Positions 10,082 to 19,286 of a DNA stretch of 64,000 bases are shown here, piece by piece (the first letter of the stretch is position 1; each line of letters begins with the position of its first letter). Both the position numbers and the translations under genes were made by a program. The stretch covers positions 21,351-85,350 of the forward strand of contig JAGXFH010000004.1 of NCBI GenBank assembly GCA_024637315.1. Direction: 5' to 3'. The DNA is from Brevirhabdus sp. GTDB taxonomy: Bacteria; Pseudomonadota; Alphaproteobacteria; Rhodobacterales; Rhodobacteraceae. Below the pieces are notes generated by a model. That model had not been told where the DNA came from. It ran no database searches and saw only the letters and a program-made list of their open reading frames with translations.

Positions 10082-10096
10082 TCAAACAGTGTTTGA
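10082..10096. promoter_or_regulatory. Perfect dyad TCAAACA-g-TGTTTGA just upstream of the XRE regulator start
   Basis: Read directly. Lies in a locally AT-rich divergent intergenic region, 12 nt before ATG 10108. Candidate autoregulatory operator. Confidence 0.35.
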
Positions 10097-10107
10097 GAAA
10101 AGAAACA

Positions 10108-10971
10108 ATGATGACTATAGACGACAAGCGCAGCCGCGCCGCGCGGTTCCGCCAGCGCCTTACGCGGGGGATGGCCGAAAGCGGCACCAACCAGAGCGCC
10201 CTTGCCCGCGCCGTCGGCGTCGACCGTTCGACCATTTCCCAGCTGCTGTCAGGGCAAGGTCCGCGCCTGCCCAATGCCCAGGTCGTCGCCGAATGCGCCC
10301 GTGCGCTGGGGGTCAGCGCCGACTGGCTGCTGGGCCTGACCGAACGGCCCGAGCGGCTGGCCGATCTTCTGGCCAGTTCGATGAGCATCACCGAAGCCCC
10401 ACGCTCGCTGGTCGATGAACAGATTTTCGCCTGGCACCAGGAAGCGGCGGGCTACAAGATCCGCCACGTTCCCGCGACTCTGCCCGACATGCTGAAAACC
10501 CGCGACATGCTGCGCTGGGAATATGCCGACGCGATGATCCGCAGCACGGACCAGGCGATCGGTGCCGCCGAGGACCGGCTGACCTGGATGCGCAATTCTG
10601 CCTCGGATTACGAAATCGCCCTGCCGCTGCACGAGCTGGACAGCTTCGCGCGCGGCAACGGCTATTATGCCGGGCTTGCGCCCGAACTGCGCCGCGCGCA
10701 GATCGAATGGCTGGCACAGCTGCATGCGCAGCTTTATCCCTCGCTCCGGCTCTATCTCTTCGATGCGCGGCGGGTGTTTTCCGCGCCGTTGACGGTTCTG
10801 GGGCCGTTGATTGCCGTGCTCTATGTAGGCCGCCATTTCATAGCCTTCCGCGAAACCCATCGTGTGCAGGCCATGGCGGACCATTTCGACTGGCTGGTGC
10901 GGGAATCGCAAATCGGCGGGCGCCAGATGGCGGCGCATCTGCAAGGGCTGCTGGCGCTGACCGAGGGTTGA
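10108..10971 (+). CDS. XRE-family HTH transcriptional regulator with a roughly 200-aa C-terminal domain
   Basis: ATG 10108 (the track starts at TTG 10093). HTH segment QSALARAVGVDRSTISQLLSG. The long C-terminal domain has no motif I can name confidently. Confidence 0.8.
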   Translation: MMTIDDKRSRAARFRQRLTRGMAESGTNQSALARAVGVDRSTISQLLSGQGPRLPNAQVVAECARALGVSADWLLGLTERPERLADLLASSMSITEAPRSLVDEQIFAWHQEAAGYKIRHVPATLPDMLKTRDMLRWEYADAMIRSTDQAIGAAEDRLTWMRNSASDYEIALPLHELDSFARGNGYYAGLAPELRRAQIEWLAQLHAQLYPSLRLYLFDARRVFSAPLTVLGPLIAVLYVGRHFIAFRETHRVQAMADHFDWLVRESQIGGRQMAAHLQGLLALTEG

Positions 10972-11021
10972 ACCGGCGCCGTACCGCGCGCGGGTCAGCT
11001 GGCGGGATCCGGGCGGTTCCT

Positions 11022-11080
11022 GGCCAGGGGGCGCTGCCCCCTTGGCCCCCCCGGGGATATTTCGGAACGAAAGACGCGGC
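11022..11080. repeat. Intergenic element: GC hairpin (GGCCAGGGGGC-gct-GCCCCCTTGGCC) followed by GGGGATATTTCGGAACGAAAGAC
   Basis: Similar hairpin-plus-tail units at 20481-20522 (..GGTATTTTTACGAGAAAGG) and 25505-25540 (..GGATATTTTTGGACGAATGATGA). Possibly a degenerate copy near 4838-4875 (..GCGTTTCGGAACATGGTGAAGAC). Confidence 0.4.
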
Positions 11081-11225
11081 AGGTCGGGGTGCAGGTGGCT
11101 GGCGATTCGGGGTGATGGGCGGACCGCAAGATCTTGTGTCCACCCCCTCCGCGCGGCCCTGAAAAGGGTGAACGAAAGGTAAATGCCGGTGGCCCTTGTT
11201 GTTTGATTTCAATGGGTAAGCAGTT

Positions 11226-11241
11226 TGTCCACATGTGGACA
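11226..11241. promoter_or_regulatory. Perfect 16-bp palindrome TGTCCACATGTGGACA
   Basis: Read directly. Lies 32 nt beyond the moaA stop in a 300-bp convergent gap. An extra TGTCCAC half-site sits about 90 bp to the left. Confidence 0.3.
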
Positions 11242-11272
11242 CCCGTCCGCCTACGCCCCCAGAAGCGCGGAC

Positions 11273-12280
11273 CTAACCGCCTGTATGGCTCATGTGGCGC
11301 ACGACCTGACCGTCGGCGCGCTGACGGGAATAATCGAAATCGTGCCCTTTCGGCTTGCGACCGATGGCGGCGCGGATCGCCTCTTGAAGCGGCGCGTCGG
11401 AATCGGCGTGATCGCGCAGAGGCTTTCGAAGGTCCGCCATGTCTTCCTGGCCAAGGCACATGTAAAGCTCGCCCGTGCAGGTCAGCCGCACGCGGTTGCA
11501 GCTTTCGCAGAAATTATGGGTCAGCGGGGTGATGAAGCCGATCTTCTGGCCGGTCTCCTCCAGCCGGACATAGCGCGCCGGGCCGCCGGTGCGTTCGGCC
11601 AGATCGGTGACTGTATAATTTTCCGTCACCGTCCGGCGCAGGTCCTTCAGCGACCAGTACTGACCAACCCGGTCCTCGTTGCCCAGATCGCCCATCGGCA
11701 TGACCTCGATCCAGGTCAGGTCCATGTCGCGGGCGGCGCACCATTCGGTCAGGCTGAACAGCTCGTCCTCGTTGAAGCCCCTGAGCGCGACGGCGTTGAT
11801 CTTGACGCGGAGCCCGGCGGCCTGCGCCGCGTCGATGCCCTTCAGCACCTGCGGCAGCCGGCCCCAGCGGGTGACGCGGGCGAACTTGTCCTCGTCGAGC
11901 GTGTCGAGCGAGACGTTGATGCGCCTGACGCCCGCTGCGACCAGGTCGGCCGCGAACCGGTGAAGCTGCGAGCCGTTGGTGGTGACGGTCAGTTCCCGAA
12001 GCGCGCCGGTGTCGAGATGCCGCGACATGGCACGGAAAAAGGTCATGATATCGCGCCGCACCAAAGGCTCGCCGCCGGTGATGCGCAGCTTCTCGACACC
12101 GAGACCGATGAAGGTCGTGCACATCCGGTCGAGCTCCTCGAGCGTCAGAAGCTCTTTCTTCGGCAGGAAGGTCATGTTTTCGGACATGCAGTAGACGCAG
12201 CGGAAGTCGCAGCGGTCGGTGACCGAGACGCGCAGGTAAGAGATGGCGCGCTGGAACGGATCTATGAGCGGCGTGGTCAT
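11273..12280 (-). CDS. moaA: GTP 3',8-cyclase (molybdenum cofactor biosynthesis protein A)
   Basis: Inner ATG 12280-12278. Radical-SAM motif CDFRCVYC in [18 protein letters not shown]-terminal [10 protein letters not shown] cluster motif. Confidence 0.95.
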   Translation of the reverse strand: MTTPLIDPFQRAISYLRVSVTDRCDFRCVYCMSENMTFLPKKELLTLEELDRMCTTFIGLGVEKLRITGGEPLVRRDIMTFFRAMSRHLDTGALRELTVTTNGSQLHRFAADLVAAGVRRINVSLDTLDEDKFARVTRWGRLPQVLKGIDAAQAAGLRVKINAVALRGFNEDELFSLTEWCAARDMDLTWIEVMPMGDLGNEDRVGQYWSLKDLRRTVTENYTVTDLAERTGGPARYVRLEETGQKIGFITPLTHNFCESCNRVRLTCTGELYMCLGQEDMADLRKPLRDHADSDAPLQEAIRAAIGRKPKGHDFDYSRQRADGQVVRHMSHTGG

Positions 12281-12364
12281 GACAGCGAAACTATGCCTGT
12301 CGCGGCGGTGCCGCAAGGGCGGATGTGATTGAATGCGCAAAGGTTTGGGCCTAGCATCCGAGCC

Positions 12365-12823
12365 ATGAAGCCATTTCGTCTTGTCTGCCTCGCGCCGTTG
12401 CTGATGTCCTGTGGGCTTGCTGAAAAGCTGGCCAAGGCGCCGGATCGGGCGATCGACCCGGAAGTCGCGGCGGTCACGCCAGCGCCGCCGTCTGCGGCCG
12501 CGACCGCCGATGAGTTCGACACCACGACCGAAGCGGAGCGCGTGGCGGCGCTGGCCGGTCCGCCTGCGGGCGAGCGCGAACTGGGCCGGACGGTGGCCTC
12601 GCTCGGCAATCCCGCAGCTCCGGGATTCTGGCTGGAGACGCCGATGGTCAGCGAGACAATGCAAGGCCGGGTGGTCTACCCGCCGACTGGCAACAGCGTG
12701 GCGGTGGAGTTGCGCCCGACTTCGGGGCCGGCGACGGCTGGAAGCCGGGTGTCGCTGCCAACGTTGCGGCTTTTGGGCGCGCCGTTGACCGGGTTGCCGG
12801 AGCTGACCGTTTATGGCGGTTGA
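12365..12823 (+). CDS. Hypothetical lipoprotein
   Basis: Inner ATG 12365. Signal peptide [17 protein letters not shown] with a lipobox L-M-S-C, followed by an Ala/Pro-rich linker. Confidence 0.6.
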   Translation: MKPFRLVCLAPLLMSCGLAEKLAKAPDRAIDPEVAAVTPAPPSAAATADEFDTTTEAERVAALAGPPAGERELGRTVASLGNPAAPGFWLETPMVSETMQGRVVYPPTGNSVAVELRPTSGPATAGSRVSLPTLRLLGAPLTGLPELTVYGG

Positions 12824-12826
12824 TCC

Positions 12827-14440
12827 GTGAGCCGCCGGGTCATTTCAGAGCTTTCGGAATGGGACAGCATGCGCGCAGGGTTCCGCTGGGTGGTGCCGAA
12901 GCGGTTGAACATTGCCGAGCGCTGCTGCGACAGTTGGACCAAGACGGACCCCGACCGTCTGGCGATCCGGCACATCGGAGAGGACGGCACGGCGCGGAAC
13001 TGGAGCTACGGTGCGTTGAAACGCGCGTCGGACGGGTTGGCGTTGAGTTTCGCCGCACGCGGACTGGCGCGGGGCGACCGAGTGGCGGTTCTGCTGGCGC
13101 AATGTCCCGAAGTACTGATCGCTCATTTCGCGGCGATGAAGCTGGGCGCGGTGGGGTTGCCGCTTTTCACGCTTTTTGGCGAGGACGCCTTGCGTTACCG
13201 GCTGGCCGATAGCGGGGCGAAGATCCTGGTGACCGATGCCGAAAACCTTGCCAAGGTGATGGCGCTGAGGGCCGATCTGCCGGATCTGGCGGAGATCTAT
13301 GTGCTCGGTCGGGCCACCGCCCCGATACGCTGTTTCGCCGACGAGATCACGGCGGCGCAAGGTGATCTGCAGATGGTGCCGACGCTGGCCGAGGATCCAG
13401 CAGTGCTGATCTATACATCCGGCACGACCGGTCCGCCCAAGGGCGTACTGCACGCGCATCGCTTCCTTCTGGGGCATTTGCCGTCGATCGAATGTACCCA
13501 TCCCGGCTTCGGCAAGGCGGGCGATGTTGGCTGGACGCCGGCGGACTGGGCCTGGATCGGCGGGCTGATGGATATGGCGATGCCCTGCCTCTACTACGGC
13601 GTGCCGTTGATCAGCCACCGGATGCGGAAATTTGATGCCGATGCGGCATTCCGGTTGATCGGGACCGAGCGCGTGCGGAACCTGTTTCTGCCGCCGACGG
13701 CGCTGAAACTTATGCGGACGGCGCCGGTACCGGGCACTGTGGATGTGCGGTCGGTGACCTCGGGAGGCGAATCGCTGGGCGCCGATCTGCTGGACTGGGG
13801 GCTGACCGCGCTGGGCGCGCCGATCAACGAGATTTACGGGCAGACCGAATGCAACCTGGTGCTGGCTTCGTGCCACGGGCTGATGCCGGTGCGGCCGGGC
13901 TCTATGGGCCGCGCCTTGCCGGGGTTCGATGTCGCGGTGCTCGACGGCGAAGGCGCTGCAGTGGCACCGGGCGACATGGGCGAGATTTGCGTGAAGGCGC
14001 CAAACCCGGTGATGTTCCTGCGTTACTGGCAAAAGCCCGAGGCGACGGCGGCGAAGCTTCGGGATGGCTGGCTGCGCACCGGCGATCTGGGGACATGCGA
14101 TGCCCAAGGATATTTCACCTATGCGTCGCGCGACGATGACCTGATCACCTCGGCGGGCTACCGGATCGGGCCAACCGAGATCGAGAACTGCCTGACCGGG
14201 CATCCCGACGTGGTGATGGCGGCCGCGGTGGGGGTGCCTGATCCCGTGCGGACCGAGGTGGTGAAGGCCTTCGTGGTGTTGCGCGAGGGCGCGGAGTGGG
14301 CGGGGCTGGAGGCAGCTTTGATCCAGCGCGTGCGCGACAAGGTCAGCCCGCATGTGGCGCCGCGGATGGTGGAGCGGATCGCGGCGCTGCCGATGACCGC
14401 GACGGGCAAGATCATGCGGCGTGAATTGCGCGGGAGGTAG
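12827..14440 (+). CDS. AMP-dependent acyl-CoA synthetase/ligase
   Basis: AMP-binding motifs [17 protein letters not shown] and TGDLG plus the C-terminal lysine region [16 protein letters not shown] start at 12827 is tentative. Confidence 0.85.
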   Translation: MSRRVISELSEWDSMRAGFRWVVPKRLNIAERCCDSWTKTDPDRLAIRHIGEDGTARNWSYGALKRASDGLALSFAARGLARGDRVAVLLAQCPEVLIAHFAAMKLGAVGLPLFTLFGEDALRYRLADSGAKILVTDAENLAKVMALRADLPDLAEIYVLGRATAPIRCFADEITAAQGDLQMVPTLAEDPAVLIYTSGTTGPPKGVLHAHRFLLGHLPSIECTHPGFGKAGDVGWTPADWAWIGGLMDMAMPCLYYGVPLISHRMRKFDADAAFRLIGTERVRNLFLPPTALKLMRTAPVPGTVDVRSVTSGGESLGADLLDWGLTALGAPINEIYGQTECNLVLASCHGLMPVRPGSMGRALPGFDVAVLDGEGAAVAPGDMGEICVKAPNPVMFLRYWQKPEATAAKLRDGWLRTGDLGTCDAQGYFTYASRDDDLITSAGYRIGPTEIENCLTGHPDVVMAAAVGVPDPVRTEVVKAFVVLREGAEWAGLEAALIQRVRDKVSPHVAPRMVERIAALPMTATGKIMRRELRGR

Positions 14441-14569
14441 AGGGATTGCGTCCTGCCTGCAGCAGGTCGTGGGGCCTTCGACAAAGAATTCGAGCCGAAA
14501 CAGAAATGGTCTGGGGTCAATTCAGGCGAAAGCGGGCGGAGCCCGGTGAACAATTTACCGGGGTTGAGG

Positions 14570-15247
14570 TCAGGCGAGGTATTTGCCGGCTTCCTTGCGG
14601 GCGAAGGGCTTCAGGCGGTCGCCATGCGCCGCCAGGAAGGCGCGGGTGCGGGGCACATCGTGTTTCGAGAGATCGCGAAGCCACCATGCAATGGCCTTCT
14701 GGATGAACCAGTCACGGTCATCGACGTAAGACGCGGCCCAGCCGAGGATGCGGTCCCGGGCGGTTTCCTCGGCGGGTTTCGGATGGTTCTGCTTGGTCCA
14801 GGGCAGGGTGATGACGAGAGCGGCGCGGCGGGTCCACATATGCGGTGAACCGGTCCAGGTTTCGACCTCGTCGAGCCGGGACGGATCGGCGACAAGGCGC
14901 TTCTGACCGGCCATGCAGGCATGATCTGCGATCGCCCAGCTGTCGAAATCGGGCACCCAGCTGGCGATCAGATGCCAGACCTCGGCACCGGGGCGGATGC
15001 GGGCTTGCGTCAGGAGCTTGGCGGCGGTGAGACGGGCCTCGAAAATGTTGGTGCGCCAGAGGGCGGCGGCGAGTGCGGTTCGGTCTTCGACGTTCAACTG
15101 CTTTCGCCATTCGACGACCAGTGCGTTGATATCGGGGTTGGCGACGCCGAGATAGGGGCGGTCGGCCTTGTGATAGGAGGCCATCTGCAATCTGCGGCCC
15201 GGCTGCGCCTTGGCGCGGAGTTGGGTCAGCGCGTTCTCGGGCGTCAT
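14570..15247 (-). CDS. DNA alkylation repair protein (AlkD-like HEAT-repeat family)
   Basis: Inner ATG 15247-15245 overlaps the glmS TGA (ATGA). Helical-repeat protein with W-rich repeats (WVPDFDSWAIADHAC, IQKAIAWWLRD) typical of this family. Confidence 0.65.
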   Translation of the reverse strand: MTPENALTQLRAKAQPGRRLQMASYHKADRPYLGVANPDINALVVEWRKQLNVEDRTALAAALWRTNIFEARLTAAKLLTQARIRPGAEVWHLIASWVPDFDSWAIADHACMAGQKRLVADPSRLDEVETWTGSPHMWTRRAALVITLPWTKQNHPKPAEETARDRILGWAASYVDDRDWFIQKAIAWWLRDLSKHDVPRTRAFLAAHGDRLKPFARKEAGKYLA

Positions 15248-17064
15248 TCCACGGTCACGGATTTCGCCAGATTGCGCGGTTGGTCGACATCGGTGCCCTT
15301 GGCGATGGCGGCGTGATAGGCGAGAAGCTGCGCAGGAACTGCGTAAAGGATCGGCGCGAAGAGCGTCGGCACCTGCGGCATCGTGATGATCTGCCATGTG
15401 CCGTCGGCCGCCTCTTTGGCGCCCCTTGCATCGGTGATCAGAAGCACCTTGCCGCCGCGAGCCATGACCTCTGCCATGTTCGAGACGGTCTTGTCGAACA
15501 GCGCGTCGCGGGGCGCCATCACGACGACCGGCACTTTCTTGTCCACCAGTGCTATGGGTCCGTGCTTGAGCTCGCCGCTGGCATAGCCTTCAGCATGGAT
15601 GTAGCTTATTTCCTTGAGCTTCAGAGCGCCTTCTAGGGCCAGCGGATACATCTGTCCGCGACCGAGGAAGAGCACATCCTGCGCCTCGGCCAGCTTGGCT
15701 GCGATGCTGGCGATGGCATCGGACTGGCCAAGCGCGAGGTTCAGAAGACCCGGCAGGGTGGCGAGGTCATCCAGATACCGCGAGAGGGTTTCGGCGTCGA
15801 TCTGGCCGCGTTGCCGCGCGGCTTGCAGCGCCAGAAGCGCCAATACGGTGAGCTGATTGGTGAACGCCTTGGTGGAGGCGACACCGATCTCGGTCCCGGC
15901 AAGGATCGGTAAGGCGATATCACTTTCGCGCGCGATCGAGCTTTCCGGGACGTTTACCACCGACAGGACCGTGTCGGCCTTGTCGCGGCAATAGCGAAGT
16001 GCGGCGAGGGTGTCGGCGGTTTCGCCCGACTGGCTGACGAAAAGCGCGCAGGTGCCGGGCGTGACCGGTGGTTCGCGGTATCTGTACTCGCTGGCGACAT
16101 CGACTTCGACCGGCAGACGGGCAAGTTGTTCGAACCAGTATTTCGCAGTCAGGCAGGCATAGTAGGCCGTACCGCAGGCCACCATGGTGATCCGGTCGAT
16201 CTTCGCGAAATCGAGAGCTTCGGGCAGGGCGATGCGGCCCGGCTCGGACAGGTAATGCGTCAGCGCCTCGCCCATAACGGTGGGCTGCTCGGCGATCTCC
16301 TTGGCCATGAAATGCTTGTAACCGGCCTTGCTGACGCTGGATGTGTCGATGCTGATCGTCTTGACCGGGCGGTTGGCACGCTTGCCGTTCGCATCCCGGA
16401 TCTCGACTGATGTTCGGGTCAGGATCGCCCAGTCTCCCTCTTCGAGATAGGTGATCTGGTTGGTCAAGGGCGCGAGGGCCAGCGCGTCGGACCCGACATA
16501 AATCTCGCCGTCGCCATGGCCGAGGGCAAGCGGCGAGCCCTTGCGCGCAGCGACCATCAGGTCGTCCTCTCCGTCGAACAGAAAGCAGAGCGCATAGGCA
16601 CCTTCAAGGCGCGCGATGGTCTGTTCGGCAGCGTCGCGCGGGGCAAGACCCTGATCAAGGAAACTCTGCGTGAGCAGGGCAACGGTCTCGGTATCGGTCT
16701 CGGTCTGAACCTCGTAACCTTGGGCAGCAAGCTCTGCCCGGAGGTCTCGGAAATTCTCGATGATGCCGTTATGAACGACGGCGACGGGTCCGGCCTGATG
16801 CGGATGGGCATTGCCGACCGAGGGCGCGCCGTGGGTCGCCCACCTTGTATGACCGATCCCGGCCCGACCCTGCAGCGGGTCATGGACAAGGAGGTCGGCG
16901 AGGTTGACGAGCTTGCCCAAAGCGCGGCGGCGGTCGAGTTGACGGGCATCGTTGATTGTGGCGACGCCGGCGCTGTCATAGCCGCGATATTCCAGCCGTT
17001 TCAGCGCCTCGACGATGATCGGGGCTGCTTCATGTTGGCCAAGGATACCTACAATACCGCACAT
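15244..17064 (-). CDS. glmS: Glutamine--fructose-6-phosphate aminotransferase
   Basis: N-terminal MCGIVG nucleophile, two SIS domains, C-terminal AKSVTVE. Confidence 0.97.
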   Translation of the reverse strand: MCGIVGILGQHEAAPIIVEALKRLEYRGYDSAGVATINDARQLDRRRALGKLVNLADLLVHDPLQGRAGIGHTRWATHGAPSVGNAHPHQAGPVAVVHNGIIENFRDLRAELAAQGYEVQTETDTETVALLTQSFLDQGLAPRDAAEQTIARLEGAYALCFLFDGEDDLMVAARKGSPLALGHGDGEIYVGSDALALAPLTNQITYLEEGDWAILTRTSVEIRDANGKRANRPVKTISIDTSSVSKAGYKHFMAKEIAEQPTVMGEALTHYLSEPGRIALPEALDFAKIDRITMVACGTAYYACLTAKYWFEQLARLPVEVDVASEYRYREPPVTPGTCALFVSQSGETADTLAALRYCRDKADTVLSVVNVPESSIARESDIALPILAGTEIGVASTKAFTNQLTVLALLALQAARQRGQIDAETLSRYLDDLATLPGLLNLALGQSDAIASIAAKLAEAQDVLFLGRGQMYPLALEGALKLKEISYIHAEGYASGELKHGPIALVDKKVPVVVMAPRDALFDKTVSNMAEVMARGGKVLLITDARGAKEAADGTWQIITMPQVPTLFAPILYAVPAQLLAYHAAIAKGTDVDQPRNLAKSVTVE

Positions 17065-17068
17065 TTCG

Positions 17069-18418
17069 TTAACCTTTTTTCGGGGAAGCTTTCACGGCCT
17101 TCAACTTTTCAAACAATTTGCGTGCAATGCCGGGTTTGATCTGCATTTCAGACCGGGCGATGGCCAAAGCGTTGTCGGGAATGTCGCGGGTTACCACGGT
17201 GCCGGTTGCCGTCATTGCTCCGTCACCAACCTTGACCGGCGCGACGAACATCGTGTCCGAACCGATGAAGGCGCGGGCGCCGATCTCGGTCCGGTGCTTC
17301 ATCACGCCGTCATAGTTGCAGGTGATGGTGCCGGCGCCGATGTTGGTCGCCTCGCCGACACTGGCGTCGCCGATATAGGTCAGGTGATTGACCTTCGCGC
17401 CTTCACCGATCTCGGCATTCTTGATCTCGACGAAATTGCCGATATGGGCGTCGTTGGAGATCTCGGCGCCGGGGCGCAGTCGGGCATAGGGGCCGATGAT
17501 CGCACCGGCGCCGACATGCGCGCCTTCGAGATGCGAAAAGGCGCGGATACGGGCACCGGTCTCGACCGTCACGCCGGGGCCGAAGACGACATTGGGTTCG
17601 ACCACGACATCGCGGCCCAGATGGGTGTTCTGCGAAAAGAACACGGTGTCAGGGGCGATCAGAGTGGTGCCGTTCTCGACCGCTTCCAGGCGCGCCCGGA
17701 CCTGGAACGCGGCCTCGGCGGCGGACAGTTCGGCGCGGGTGTTGATGCCGAGCGTCTCGCCCTCGTCACAAGCCACGGCGGTCGCCGTCAGGTCGCTGGC
17801 ATTGGCGAGGCCGACGATGTCGGTCAAGTAGTACTCGGCTGCAGCATTGTCGTTTTCAACCTTGTCGAGCAGCTTGAAAAGATTCTCAGCCGAAGCCATC
17901 TTTATGCCGCTGTTGCAGAATGTTATGGAACGTTCTTCAGTTGTTGCATCGTTATATTCGACGATCTTTTCCAGCCGGTCGCCCTGCATCACCAGACGAC
18001 CGTAGCGGGCCGGGTCGGCAGCCTCGAAGCCCAGCACAACGACATCGAACTTCGCCCGTGCCGTGGCCATCGCGGCCAGGGTTTCGGGGCGGATGAAAGG
18101 CGTATCGCCGTAAAGGACAACGACATCGCCGTCGAAATCCGCCAGCGCGTCGCGCGCCTGCAGCACGGCATGGCCGGTGCCGAGCTGTTGGCTCTGCTCG
18201 ACGATCTCAATCTCGGGATCTATGGTGCGGGCGGCTTTTGCGACCTGCTCGCCGGCATGGCCGGTGATCAGGATCGTGCGTTCCGGCTCCAGCGCTGCGC
18301 CCGCGGCCAGCGCATGGGCGAAAAGCGGCACTCCGCCCAAGGTGTGCAGCACTTTCGGCAGATCGGAGTTCATCCGGGTGCCCTGACCGGCGGCCAGAAT
18401 GATGAGGGCTGTTGGCAT
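17069..18418 (-). CDS. glmU: Bifunctional UDP-N-acetylglucosamine diphosphorylase / glucosamine-1-phosphate N-acetyltransferase
   Basis: ILAAGQGTRMNSDLPKVLH motif followed by C-terminal left-handed beta-helix hexapeptide repeats. Lies 4 nt upstream of glmS. Confidence 0.95.
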   Translation of the reverse strand: MPTALIILAAGQGTRMNSDLPKVLHTLGGVPLFAHALAAGAALEPERTILITGHAGEQVAKAARTIDPEIEIVEQSQQLGTGHAVLQARDALADFDGDVVVLYGDTPFIRPETLAAMATARAKFDVVVLGFEAADPARYGRLVMQGDRLEKIVEYNDATTEERSITFCNSGIKMASAENLFKLLDKVENDNAAAEYYLTDIVGLANASDLTATAVACDEGETLGINTRAELSAAEAAFQVRARLEAVENGTTLIAPDTVFFSQNTHLGRDVVVEPNVVFGPGVTVETGARIRAFSHLEGAHVGAGAIIGPYARLRPGAEISNDAHIGNFVEIKNAEIGEGAKVNHLTYIGDASVGEATNIGAGTITCNYDGVMKHRTEIGARAFIGSDTMFVAPVKVGDGAMTATGTVVTRDIPDNALAIARSEMQIKPGIARKLFEKLKAVKASPKKG

Positions 18419-18543
18419 GGCTGCTCTTTTCTTTGTCGTCGCGCCGTTTTACCCCTTGGCGGCGATGCCGCAAGGGTTGTTGCTATCAAAACTGTTTACG
18501 CTTCATTACAGGCAGGCTGGGGCGGCACGCGAGGGGAAAGACG

Positions 18544-19212
18544 ATGCGAACGGTGATTTTCGATCTTGACGGCACGCTGGCCGATACCTCGGGCGATCTG
18601 ATCGCGGCCGGAAATGCGGCGTTTCGGAGAATGGGGTTCGGCGATGTGCTGGACCCGGTTACGGACGCCCGCACCGCGATGATGGGCGGCGGGCGCGCAA
18701 TGCTAATGGCAGGGTTCGAGCGGTTGGGCCAGCCCTTTGGCGAGGCCCAGATCGCAGCGGGCTATCCTGTGCTGCTGACGGCCTATGCCGAGAATATCGA
18801 CCGGTTCTCGACGCTTTATCCCGGCACGGCGGCGGCGATCGAGGGCTTGCGCGGCGCGGGCTATGGTGTCGGCATCTGCACAAACAAGCCCGAGGCGCTG
18901 GCGCATCAGTTGCTGACTGCGCTCGGCGTACGAAACCTGTTCGGTTCGCTGATCGGGGCCGATACCTTGGCCGTCCGCAAGCCCGACCCCGCGCCGTTGC
19001 GCGAAGCGGTGACGCGGCTCGGCGGTGATCATGGTCAGGCGATTCTGGTCGGCGATTCCGTTACCGACCGCGAAACCGCACGGGCCGCAGGAATGCGATC
19101 ATTGCTGGTAACGTTTGGACCGGACGGACGCGGGGTCGCGGACTTGCAGCCAGATGCGCTGCTTGATCATTATGACGGGCTGGCGGCGGTCGTGGCCGAG
19201 TTGATCGGGTAG
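18544..19212 (+). CDS. HAD-family hydrolase (phosphoglycolate phosphatase-like)
   Basis: Inner ATG 18544. HAD motif I FDLDGTLADT, motif III K in VRKPDP, motif IV GDSVTD. Confidence 0.8.
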   Translation: MRTVIFDLDGTLADTSGDLIAAGNAAFRRMGFGDVLDPVTDARTAMMGGGRAMLMAGFERLGQPFGEAQIAAGYPVLLTAYAENIDRFSTLYPGTAAAIEGLRGAGYGVGICTNKPEALAHQLLTALGVRNLFGSLIGADTLAVRKPDPAPLREAVTRLGGDHGQAILVGDSVTDRETARAAGMRSLLVTFGPDGRGVADLQPDALLDHYDGLAAVVAELIG

Positions 19213-19219
19213 CCGCCGC

Positions 19220-19258
19220 TTGGGGCGGTTCGCGCCGCGATTGACGAAACCGCCCCAA
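19220..19258 (+). terminator. 10-bp perfect inverted repeat TTGGGGCGGT-N19-ACCGCCCCAA between the HAD and DegT genes
   Basis: Read directly. Starts 8 nt after the HAD gene stop. The loop is long (19 nt) and contains TTGACG. Confidence 0.35.
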
Positions 19259-19286
19259 CGAAGTCAAATCACCTCTGGGGGGTATC

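Noticed and set aside
12281-12364. Possible Moco riboswitch upstream of moaA
   Set aside because: Only 84 nt separate moaA from the divergent lipoprotein gene, which is shorter than the roughly 130-nt Moco RNA motif. I could not recognise its conserved elements. Only a 5-bp stem (GACAG/CTGTC) precedes the ATG. An Rfam scan would settle it.
15244-17064. glmS ribozyme or leader
   Set aside because: The glmS ribozyme is a Gram-positive 5'-UTR element. Here glmS is 4 nt downstream of glmU, leaving no leader.
17015-18556. 513-aa plus-strand ORF over glmU
   Set aside because: It is antisense to glmU, which has clear LAAGxGTRM and hexapeptide-repeat motifs. The translation is Gly/Asp/Ala-rich, mirroring the repeats.
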